Shown one piece after another: positions 43,061 through 51,499 of a stretch of DNA of 64,000 nt; position 1 is the first letter of the stretch, and every line of letters begins with the position of its first letter. The translations under genes were made by a program, and so were the position numbers. The notes beneath the pieces are model-generated. The model was not told where the DNA came from and did not search any database. It saw nothing but the letters and a program-made list of their open reading frames with translations. Origin of the DNA: Syntrophales bacterium (GTDB lineage: Bacteria > Desulfobacterota > Syntrophia > Syntrophales > UBA2210); contig CAXXKT010000001.1 of the NCBI GenBank assembly GCA_963662405.2, positions 640,001-704,000 of the forward strand, written 5' to 3'.

Positions 43061-44896
43061 ATGAATAGAAAATCTTATGTCAGATCTGTTCTTCTGATCG
43101 TAGCCGGCATACTGCTGAACCTGGGCATTACATATGTGATCGAATGCTTGGAGGGATCAGTGCCGTTCGATCATGTCGGGACTGTCTTTGTGGCAATCCT
43201 TGGCGGACCGATTGTGGGTGCTGTGGTGGGGCTGGTGAGTGTTCTGCTGTCTGCATTGCTGCAGTATGGGATTGGACTCATCGATGGGATGAACAGTGTC
43301 AACGGGGCCATATTGGGATGCCTTGTTGGCTGGCTGGCAGGACGCGGATTTTTCAAGGAATTTTGGAAAGCGATCGTCCTGGCCGTCGTGGCGGTGTTTG
43401 TGTATGCCTCCATTGTCATGCTCATTGTCACCTATGTCAGGATGACCGGATTCGGTGTGGGGTTCTGGTCCGGTATTGCCGAAGCATTCGCTTACCCCCT
43501 GGCGGTCATGAAAGATTTTATGGGGACCCTCTGGTTTGTCTTTCTCGATAAATTCTTCACCGTCCTGATCTTGTGGGCCTTTTTCAAACTGGTAGGGACG
43601 ATGCTTTTTCGGGGTGTGGCCCAAAATCCACCCACCCTTCCGGCAGCCATTAACACACAGAAGCTCGGAACAAAGCTTGCGGAAATCCCGATCGTGGGTC
43701 CTGTCTGGAAGAAGTTCGTACGTCTGGTCACTATCGTATATGTCGATTATGTTCCCCAATTTCAAAAAGGGAGCGAAACGGTAAAAACGCTCAAGACCTC
43801 GGAGGAGGAACAATACATGTTTAATCAGTACAGAGGATATGGTTTCAGATTACCGCAAAACATTTCGGAGTGGAACAAGGTCAAGGTGCAACTTGTTATC
43901 GGAACGATTCAGTTCGCCGGGGCGAATCATGATCTGCTCAATAAGGAGACAGTGGCACAACAGCTGAATCTCGGCATCGATGAAGTCACCAAGCGGATCG
44001 TCAGGATGTATAACGATCATCTTCTCTTGGTCCCCACCGATGCGGCGTTACAGACTGTTGGTTTTGCGCTGTTCTACATGGTGGTGAAACTGAAGAAGGG
44101 GACGTCTGACAAAAGGAAACAGGAAATATCAGCAATGATCCGCGACAACGATTATGCCTGCACCAGTTTTGAAACAGCGGGTGATTATGATTTCTTCCTG
44201 GGTGCTCATATTACGACCATTGATAACCTCTATAAAACTGTTTTGAAAGAGCTGTATGCCTTACCGGAGCTTGAGGAGCTGACACTGCTTCCGGTCCAGC
44301 GCATGTTGCGGCAGGAGCGTTTGAATCACTGGGATATGAAGACGGATCTGTGGCGGGAAGCGGCATTGATCGAGGGGGAATTGGATAAGCTGGCAGCGAT
44401 TCAGAGTGCACTGGACAAGACGGATCTCAAGATCCTTGAGGTGCTGATGAAGAAACGGGAGATCACCGAATATCTGAATGTCAATTTCCTGTCGAAGAAA
44501 AAAGAGGCAGGCGAGGCGATACTGCGGACACTTGATGAGAAGCGCCTTTTCGTATCACCGGTATTCCTGAATTGGATGAAGCTCAATTATAAGCCCTATT
44601 TCTTTGTCGTCAAATTCAATGAAAAGACCGACTGTGACAAAAAGATAGAACTATCGGACCATCTGGTTGAGACATATCCGGAGTTCAATCTCGCCCTTCA
44701 AGTGACTGATACTTACTATGATTTGTTCCTCGGGAGTTATCAAGGATTGGCGAATGTCGAGGCCGTGAAGAAGGCACTCAAAGAAACACCGGGAGTTGAA
44801 GATGTCAGAGAGATGGTTGCGACACGGCAGCATCGGATGTGGACGACCAAACTATCGGAAGAGAACTGGGGTGAATGCGTCATGATGTGGGAGTAG
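43061..44896 (+). CDS. ECF S-component-like membrane domain fused to tandem Lrp/AsnC-fold domains
   Basis: N-terminal 5-6 TM with DHVGTVFVAILGGP..G and LDK..T. C-terminal HTH-like VAQQLNLGIDEVTKRI, RAM-like ETAGDYDF and a second LDKTDLKILEVL unit. Confidence 0.7.
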   Translation: MNRKSYVRSVLLIVAGILLNLGITYVIECLEGSVPFDHVGTVFVAILGGPIVGAVVGLVSVLLSALLQYGIGLIDGMNSVNGAILGCLVGWLAGRGFFKEFWKAIVLAVVAVFVYASIVMLIVTYVRMTGFGVGFWSGIAEAFAYPLAVMKDFMGTLWFVFLDKFFTVLILWAFFKLVGTMLFRGVAQNPPTLPAAINTQKLGTKLAEIPIVGPVWKKFVRLVTIVYVDYVPQFQKGSETVKTLKTSEEEQYMFNQYRGYGFRLPQNISEWNKVKVQLVIGTIQFAGANHDLLNKETVAQQLNLGIDEVTKRIVRMYNDHLLLVPTDAALQTVGFALFYMVVKLKKGTSDKRKQEISAMIRDNDYACTSFETAGDYDFFLGAHITTIDNLYKTVLKELYALPELEELTLLPVQRMLRQERLNHWDMKTDLWREAALIEGELDKLAAIQSALDKTDLKILEVLMKKREITEYLNVNFLSKKKEAGEAILRTLDEKRLFVSPVFLNWMKLNYKPYFFVVKFNEKTDCDKKIELSDHLVETYPEFNLALQVTDTYYDLFLGSYQGLANVEAVKKALKETPGVEDVREMVATRQHRMWTTKLSEENWGECVMMWE

Positions 44897-44964
44897 CAAT
44901 CTCCTCGGCAGCGATGGCATATGAGCGTGGGTGGATGAGTAGTCGGTAGATTTGAGGTTGTAAA

Positions 44965-46191
44965 GTGACAAGCTTCAAGCAGTTTGCAGCACGACAGGCA
45001 TTAAAATTTTATCCTGATTTTCCGGAAGAATTTATAGAATACCTGGTTGAAAAACTTCGATGGGAAAGACTTGGATGGTTCCAGGGGAGAGTGATTATTA
45101 ATTCATATTTCCCTCCCATTCCCAGCAGGGCCGTGAATAGTGTCGTGAAGGCCTGGCGTTCAGGGATGAAGGGACGGGTTGTCCCCGAGGTAGCCACGGT
45201 AGCCGTGACCAATAAATGTCCTTATAACTGTCTGTATTGCAGCGTTCCTGACAAGACCGTCAGCGATATGTCTGCAGATCTTCTCAAACGTACGATCGGG
45301 CAGATCCAGGATATGGGAAGTTTCCATATCTCATTGACCGGCGGAGAACCGCTGTTACGCGATGATCTTGAAGATATTATCGCCTCCGTAGACGATCGCT
45401 CCGTGGTAAAGCTCTTTACGACAGGGTATTCTTTGACGAAAGAGCGGGCAAAGGCACTGAAAAAAGCGGGGCTCTTCTCGATCAACATCTCTCTCGACAG
45501 CGGTGATCAAGACATTCACGACCATGGGTGTGGATTTGATGGGGCATTCGATATCGCGTTGCGGGCGATCGAACATGCGAAACAGGCATCTCTCCTGACC
45601 TGCGTGGCGACTGTGGCGTCGCACAACGGTGTCTTGGGTGGAGAAATGAATCAGTTCTTGCGGTTTCTAAAAAAACAAGGTGTCGATGAGGTGTCGATAT
45701 TTGAACCGGCACCGACGGGGAAAATGTCGTTTCATGAGGAACTGCTCTTGAGTGATGACGAGCGAGAGGCATTGCACGATCTGCATAAGGAGATCAACGA
45801 AAGCGCGGACAAGAGATATCCGCGGGTCTTTTCATTCCCCTATGTGGAAGGCGCGGATTATATGGGATGTGGGGCCGGTTGCACACGGTTACATGTGACC
45901 GCACTGGGCCACGTGACGCCCTGTGATTTCACCTCGATTTCGTTCGGAAATATTCAACGAGAAAACATTGAAACGATATGGGACCGGATGAAGAGGTATT
46001 TCAATCAGCCGGACTGCGGTTGTTTTATATGCCATAATTTCAAGGAATTGAGAGGCATGTATGACGATCGGTCCGGTATGGCTGATGGTGATATGCTGGT
46101 AAAGAGAGGTAAGATGATGAAGGAAAGTCATCCACCGGCATTTTATAAATTGTTGATGGTGACGCAAGATACAAAACCAACGATATTTTAG
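44965..46191 (+). CDS. Radical SAM protein with SPASM/twitch domain
   Basis: TNKCPYNCLYC, LTGGEPLLR, ISLDS, GCGAG...VTPCDF...GNI and CGCFIC. Confidence 0.9.
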   Translation: MTSFKQFAARQALKFYPDFPEEFIEYLVEKLRWERLGWFQGRVIINSYFPPIPSRAVNSVVKAWRSGMKGRVVPEVATVAVTNKCPYNCLYCSVPDKTVSDMSADLLKRTIGQIQDMGSFHISLTGGEPLLRDDLEDIIASVDDRSVVKLFTTGYSLTKERAKALKKAGLFSINISLDSGDQDIHDHGCGFDGAFDIALRAIEHAKQASLLTCVATVASHNGVLGGEMNQFLRFLKKQGVDEVSIFEPAPTGKMSFHEELLLSDDEREALHDLHKEINESADKRYPRVFSFPYVEGADYMGCGAGCTRLHVTALGHVTPCDFTSISFGNIQRENIETIWDRMKRYFNQPDCGCFICHNFKELRGMYDDRSGMADGDMLVKRGKMMKESHPPAFYKLLMVTQDTKPTIF

Positions 46192-46201
46192 GAGGAACGA
46201 C

Positions 46202-46450
46202 ATGTCGAATGAGAATGAGGGGAAAATTATAGCAATTATTGCCGAAGTGTTTGAAATGAGTAAGAAAGCAGTGACGAGAGACAAGGATTTCGTCAAGGAT
46301 TTCAAGGCAAAATCGATCAAAATCATAGAGATGTGTGCGATGCTCGAAGATGAGTTCGATATTGAGATCGATATGGAAGACGCGCGAAAAAATGCGACGG
46401 TTGGTGAAGCTATTGACTATACGCTGGAACTTATCGATGCGCAACAGTGA
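46202..46450 (+). CDS. Acyl carrier protein (atypical AKS motif)
   Basis: 82 aa with DFKAKSI..E..AMLEDEFDIEI...TVGEAIDY. RBS AGGAGG. Confidence 0.85.
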   Translation: MSNENEGKIIAIIAEVFEMSKKAVTRDKDFVKDFKAKSIKIIEMCAMLEDEFDIEIDMEDARKNATVGEAIDYTLELIDAQQ

Positions 46451-46480
46451 TACGCGGTTGCTAAGGAGGTGACGCTCTTA

Positions 46481-47482
46481 ATGGAGAAGAATAATACATT
46501 CATAGATGATTTGAAGGTTCGTGTCCAGGGAAAAGGAATACGGGTTGTGTTCCCTGAAGCCGAAGAACCTCGTATCCTGAAAGCCGCATCGATCGCACGG
46601 GCTCAAAATATCGCCATTCCCATACTGGTAGGAGATCCGCAAAAGGCACATGATATTGCAAAAGACCACGGCATCGATATTACCGGGATGGAGATCATTC
46701 TTCCCGAGGAATCCGTACAGTTTGATGCCTATGCGGAGACATATCGTGCATCAACGACACTCCGCGAGGGAGCTGTGAGAAGATTGTTAAAAAAACCGGT
46801 TTTCTACGCGGATATGATGGTGAAGGTGGGAGATGCGGATGCCATGGTCGGCGGTGCGGTGTACGAAACGGCGACCGTGATTATGGCGGGAACCATGGTA
46901 ATCGGGATGAAAGAGGGAGCATCCACTCCGTCGAGTTTCTTTGTCATGGATATCCCCGGATTTGAAGGAGGAGAGAACGGCAAACTCATATTCGCGGATT
47001 GTGCTGTGGTCCCGGACCCGAGTGCCGAGGAGTTGGCTGACATCGCCATAGCGAGTGCGGATAGTGCGAAAAAGCTCCTGGGTTGTGTTCCCCGGGTCGC
47101 CATGCTCTCGTTTTCGACGAAGGGGAGCAGCCTGGAGCCCCCGGTTGAAAAGGTTATTCGTGCAACGGAAATAATCAAGGAACGGAGGTCGGATATATTG
47201 GTGGACGGGGAATTACAGGTAGATACCGCCATTGTTCCCGCGATCGCTCAGAAAAAGATCAAGGGGAAAAGCCCCGTTGCCGGTCAGGCCAACGTACTGA
47301 TCTTCCCGGATTTGAACTCGGGGAACATCGGGTACAAACTGGTCCAGCGCCTGGCGGGGGCCGACGCGATCGGTCCTCTCTTGCAGGGATTTGCGAAACC
47401 GGTGTGTGATCTGTCCCGCGGTGCAACCGTGGAGGATATCATTGGTTCGATCGTAATGACGGCGATACAGGCGATCGATTAG
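46481..47482 (+). CDS. pta: Phosphate acetyltransferase
   Basis: VVFPEAEEPR, FADCAV, VAMLSFSTKGS, DGELQVD, GNIGYKL and DLSRG motifs. Confidence 0.93.
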   Translation: MEKNNTFIDDLKVRVQGKGIRVVFPEAEEPRILKAASIARAQNIAIPILVGDPQKAHDIAKDHGIDITGMEIILPEESVQFDAYAETYRASTTLREGAVRRLLKKPVFYADMMVKVGDADAMVGGAVYETATVIMAGTMVIGMKEGASTPSSFFVMDIPGFEGGENGKLIFADCAVVPDPSAEELADIAIASADSAKKLLGCVPRVAMLSFSTKGSSLEPPVEKVIRATEIIKERRSDILVDGELQVDTAIVPAIAQKKIKGKSPVAGQANVLIFPDLNSGNIGYKLVQRLAGADAIGPLLQGFAKPVCDLSRGATVEDIIGSIVMTAIQAID

Positions 47483-47492
47483 GTTCAGGAAG

Positions 47493-47882
47493 GTGAATCC
47501 CGTGATTTATGGTGTTGGGATCGATATCGAAAAAAAAGATCGTTTGCGAAAGGCATTGGAGCTCAATGAGCGGGCGTTTCTGAAGTATGTGTTCGCCCCG
47601 CAGGAGGTGTCCTATGCACGGAGGCAGGAGGATCTGGTGTCGCATCTGACGGCTATTTTTTCTGCGAAAGAAGCGGTTCTCAAGACCGTGGGTACCGGTT
47701 GGAAAGGCGGGGTCAGGTTGACCGATATTGAGATCTGCCATGATTCTCATGGGAAGCCGGAGGTCGTCTTGTCCGGGAATCTTCAAAGGATAGCTGCCTC
47801 ACGTCATATCACGACAATCATGGTGTCGCTTTCTTATGAGGATACCTATGCGGTTTCTTACGCCGTCGCCCTGACCGGGTAA
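47493..47882 (+). CDS. acpS: Holo-ACP synthase (4'-phosphopantetheinyl transferase)
   Basis: GVGIDI, FSAKEAVLK, GKPEV and VSLS motifs. Confidence 0.9.
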   Translation: MNPVIYGVGIDIEKKDRLRKALELNERAFLKYVFAPQEVSYARRQEDLVSHLTAIFSAKEAVLKTVGTGWKGGVRLTDIEICHDSHGKPEVVLSGNLQRIAASRHITTIMVSLSYEDTYAVSYAVALTG

Positions 47883-47955
47883 GAGCATGTAGCAATAGAG
47901 GGTAGGGAACGTGAAACAAAAGATAAACAAAACGACTGTAAGAGAGGAGAGTCAC

Positions 47956-49137
47956 ATGGGAAAGATTCAAAAAAGATTTGGGTTGCTGTTTGCATTGATT
48001 GTTGCGTGTGTCTTTTTAGTGAGTGTCTCGGTTGTCGGCGCGGAAGATAAGTATTACTGGCCGCCTGAGAGAGGCTACCATAAGCTTTTACCGTTTGCGA
48101 AAGAGTATCTGAAGAAGGAAAACACATCGGGCTATGCATTGGCCAAGGCAACGAGAACGGCGGATATCGTCAACCTCGACTATGTGACGCAAAAGGTAGG
48201 GATCAGCAAGAAAGAGGCGGCAAAACGAATTAACAGAATGTTCGACGAGCACCTCATTCGACTGACGGCGGATTCTCCCATCGATAATCGAGGATTCGGA
48301 CTTTATTATACCGCTATAAAGCTGAAACCCGAAGCAACCCCGGAACAGAAGGCGAAACTATCCGAGATTATGCAGAATGAAGATCATGTCTGCACCGGGT
48401 ACGAGGTGGAAGGTGACTTTGACTTTGTTCCGGCGTTCCATGTGACGACACTGGAGGTGTCCGAAAAATATGTCAGGTCCTATTTCGAAAAGTCAGGTGT
48501 CCTTGAGTCGTATCAGTTGCTTCCCATTCAGAGAATTCTCCGTCAGGAACGTATTAATCATTGGGGTGCTCCGATTTCGATGTGGAATGAGGTCGTATAT
48601 GCCCCCAACGAATTCGAAAAACTTGCCAAGATCCAGGACAAACTGGATATAACGGACCTGAAGATCATAGAGGCGATGCAGGAAAAACGAGCGGCAAAGG
48701 ATTTTTACAACTGGGATTTTGTTGCCAAGAAGACCGGTCTCAAAAAAGACGGCCTGATCAATGGACTTGAGCACGCCTGGGCTGAGCGGATGTTTGTGCT
48801 GCCGGTTTTTATGAACTGGATGAAATTAGGGTACACGAATCACATCTTCTTCGTCAAGATGAGCAGGAAGCTGACCTCGGATGAGAAACTCGCAATCGGT
48901 GACAAATTTGCTGAAAATCCTTCATTTAATCTGGTTTTCCAGTTCAACGACTGTGAGTTCACCTATGCCCTTGGCGCCTGGACAAAACTGACCGACATCG
49001 ATGCCCTCAGAGATGCAATCAAGGGTGTCAGTGGTGTAGAGGGAATCAAGGAAGTCAACCTGACCAGACAGTGGAGGCAGTGGACGTGCCGCCTGGATGA
49101 TGACAACTGGGATAACTGCAAGTATTGCGTCGATTAA
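47956..49137 (+). CDS. Tandem Lrp/AsnC-fold protein with N-terminal signal peptide/TM anchor, paralogue of the C-terminal part of 43061-44896
   Basis: MGKIQKR, hydrophobic stretch, VGA|ED. Shares LLPxQRxLRQERxNHW, PVFxNWMKLxY and TRQxRxWTxxL..NW..C with the 611-aa protein. Confidence 0.75.
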   Translation: MGKIQKRFGLLFALIVACVFLVSVSVVGAEDKYYWPPERGYHKLLPFAKEYLKKENTSGYALAKATRTADIVNLDYVTQKVGISKKEAAKRINRMFDEHLIRLTADSPIDNRGFGLYYTAIKLKPEATPEQKAKLSEIMQNEDHVCTGYEVEGDFDFVPAFHVTTLEVSEKYVRSYFEKSGVLESYQLLPIQRILRQERINHWGAPISMWNEVVYAPNEFEKLAKIQDKLDITDLKIIEAMQEKRAAKDFYNWDFVAKKTGLKKDGLINGLEHAWAERMFVLPVFMNWMKLGYTNHIFFVKMSRKLTSDEKLAIGDKFAENPSFNLVFQFNDCEFTYALGAWTKLTDIDALRDAIKGVSGVEGIKEVNLTRQWRQWTCRLDDDNWDNCKYCVD

Positions 49138-49150
49138 TGAGTCCTCTATC

Positions 49151-49187
49151 GAAGTGGGTGAGGGATGTGTGTCCCCTCGCCCACTTC
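49151..49187 (+). repeat. Intercistronic hairpin
   Basis: GAAGTGGGTGAGGGA...TCCCCTCGCCCACTTC, with no U-tract. Confidence 0.6.
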
Positions 49188-49238
49188 ACCCCCTGCAGTA
49201 TGAAAGAAATTCGAATTAGTTGGTAAGGAGTTTGTAAT

Positions 49239-50459
49239 ATGAATATCCTGACGTTTAACTGCGGAAGCTCATCGCTGACGTACAAGATATTTCGAGCCGG
49301 GTCCGATGACGATATAGAGATCGCCGTATCCGGAAAGGCTCACCGTGTCGGTGTTACCGGAAGTGAACCATCTTTCATTGAACACAACTATAACGGACAA
49401 TATGAAAAAAATACACTGCCCATAGCGAGTCATCGGGAAGCCGCGGCGCTTGTATTTCAATATGTAAAAAAAAACGGCATACCCATTGACCTTATCGGTC
49501 ACCGGTTTGTTCATGGTGCAACATATTTCCCGAGGACCGCGATCATTACGGATGAAGCGTTAGAGACGCTTGAAATTTGCCTTCCTTTTGCCCCCCTGCA
49601 CAATCCTATCTCCATGAGTGTCATTAAAGAGTCACGCGCGACGCTCCCTTCGGTGAAGGAATATATTACATTTGACGGGGCATTTCATTCAACCATACCG
49701 GATTATGCCTATACCTATGCGCTACCGGATGAGGTTATCGAACAATATGGATACCGGAAATACGGTTTTCACGGTTTATCCTTCCAGTATGTCAGTGGGG
49801 AATCGGCACGATTTCTGAACGTCCCGCTGGAAGAGTTGAAGTTGGTGATGTGTCATCTCGGTACCGGGGGATCAAGCGTCTGTGCCGTAAAAGACGGTTA
49901 TTCCATAGACAATTCTCTCGGATACACGCCTCTCCCGGGGCTCATCATGAGTACCAGATCGGGTGACATCGATCCAATGGCCGTCATCTTTCTGATGAAC
50001 AACTATGGATATACCCCGGATAACCTGGAGGCCCTTTTGAACAAAAAGGGGGGAATCTTGGGAATATCAGGATTCTCGAGTGATCCGCGCGATATTATCG
50101 AAGCGATCAAGACGGATGAGACAAAACGGGATATCGCACAGCTCGCCCTTGATATGTATGTACAACGGCTGAAAAAATATATCGGCGCCTATATTGCGGT
50201 CATGGGGGGGATTGATGCACTGGTATTTACCGATGATGTCGGGGTCCTGAGCGCGGTGATACGGGAAGAGGTGTGCAAGAGCATGGGCTGGTGCGGAGTT
50301 GAGCTTGATTATGATCTCAATCGAACCGTCGACCCGAAACAGGATTCCATCGTGAGTACGGAGCAATCAAAGGTATACGTCATGACGGTTCCCACAGCCG
50401 AAGAACTGGTTATCTGCCGGGAGGGCCTGAAACTACAAAGAGAAGGAGAAGCAGCATGA
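49239..50459 (+). CDS. ackA: Acetate kinase, Entamoeba-like (putatively PPi-dependent) subtype
   Basis: NCGSSS, GHRFVHG, APLHN, YGFHG, MSTRSGDIDP and EEL motifs, with variant loops HLGTGGSS and FTDDVG. Confidence 0.9.
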   Translation: MNILTFNCGSSSLTYKIFRAGSDDDIEIAVSGKAHRVGVTGSEPSFIEHNYNGQYEKNTLPIASHREAAALVFQYVKKNGIPIDLIGHRFVHGATYFPRTAIITDEALETLEICLPFAPLHNPISMSVIKESRATLPSVKEYITFDGAFHSTIPDYAYTYALPDEVIEQYGYRKYGFHGLSFQYVSGESARFLNVPLEELKLVMCHLGTGGSSVCAVKDGYSIDNSLGYTPLPGLIMSTRSGDIDPMAVIFLMNNYGYTPDNLEALLNKKGGILGISGFSSDPRDIIEAIKTDETKRDIAQLALDMYVQRLKKYIGAYIAVMGGIDALVFTDDVGVLSAVIREEVCKSMGWCGVELDYDLNRTVDPKQDSIVSTEQSKVYVMTVPTAEELVICREGLKLQREGEAA

Positions 50460-51499
50460 TTGTAATTTTTGATCCTCAGCCGCCTTTCATCCGATGGTAC
50501 AAAATGACAGAGAGCGGCTTCACAGAGAAGCAGTGTATATATCAGAACGGTTGGGAAAAAGAAGTCTCGGCTGATCTCGAAGGGATCACCGGTGCCGCCT
50601 ATGTCTTGTATAACGGGGGCGATGAAATCGTCACATCACCGGTCACTATTGATCGGAGTCTTATGGCAACAGTTGAAAAGACTGTTCCCTTGTCACCTGA
50701 GCGTAATAAGATGACCCTTGAGGCAATTCGTTACTGCTATGAACAGATGCCCGGAATTCGGCATACCATTGTCTGTGAAACGGCATTGTATGGTGCCCTC
50801 CCGCCAAAATCCCGAAATTATGCAGTCCCCCTGGAACTCAGAGAGAAGGGAATAAAGCGCTACGGTGGATATGGGCTGGAACATGGATACATGGTGGAAA
50901 AGGTAAAACCGGTATTAGGAGATGCGCATCATAAGGTGATCAGTGTCTTCCTGGGGCCTGAAACCAATGTGACGGCCTTTGAAGATGGCTGTCCATTGGA
51001 GACATCAATCGGTTTTAGTACTGCGGAGGGGATCCCTTCCCTCCATGGTTGCGGTGATACCGACGCCTCGTTTGTCTTTCTGATGCAGGAGGCCGGTTGG
51101 GCACTCAAGGATATCGCCCCGGTTTTTTCTCAAAAAGGTGGACTCTGTGCGTTGATGGGAAAAGAAGATAGTACCTTAGGCGATATCCTCCATGCCGGAG
51201 TAGACACTATCGCCTACAAGGTGCTCCGATATTCCGTAATAAAATATATGGGAAATGCTGTCGCGCAACTGAGAGGGGCTGATGCCTTTCTCATACACGG
51301 CGAGAATCCGATTAAAACGGTGGGGCCGTTTATTCGGGATGTATGCCGGAATTTTGAGTTCATCGGCCTGACCTGTGCAGAGACAGATGAAGAATTGCCG
51401 GGAGGTTTGTTCATTCTTTCCGGGAAAGAATCATCGATAAAGGTGTTGTATGTCCAGTGCGCCAGGCCCGAACTGCTCGGAACATGCGTCAATCAGTAG
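50456..51499 (+). CDS. Degenerate acetate-kinase-like protein (pseudokinase)
   Basis: Collinear with AckA (YAVP..L...GIKRYG, ETSIGFS..EG, GDTD) but the catalytic motifs are replaced. Intact 347-aa ORF with an ATGA overlap with ackA. Confidence 0.75.
   Translation: MIVIFDPQPPFIRWYKMTESGFTEKQCIYQNGWEKEVSADLEGITGAAYVLYNGGDEIVTSPVTIDRSLMATVEKTVPLSPERNKMTLEAIRYCYEQMPGIRHTIVCETALYGALPPKSRNYAVPLELREKGIKRYGGYGLEHGYMVEKVKPVLGDAHHKVISVFLGPETNVTAFEDGCPLETSIGFSTAEGIPSLHGCGDTDASFVFLMQEAGWALKDIAPVFSQKGGLCALMGKEDSTLGDILHAGVDTIAYKVLRYSVIKYMGNAVAQLRGADAFLIHGENPIKTVGPFIRDVCRNFEFIGLTCAETDEELPGGLFILSGKESSIKVLYVQCARPELLGTCVNQ

Noticed and set aside
43061..49137. Reading the Lrp-fold pair + rSAM as the ahbABCD/nirDLGHJ heme pathway
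   Set aside because: The proteins are larger, membrane-tethered, lack the HxYxR motif I expect in AhbA/B, and sit with ACP/Pta/Ack rather than tetrapyrrole genes. I keep it only as an analogy.
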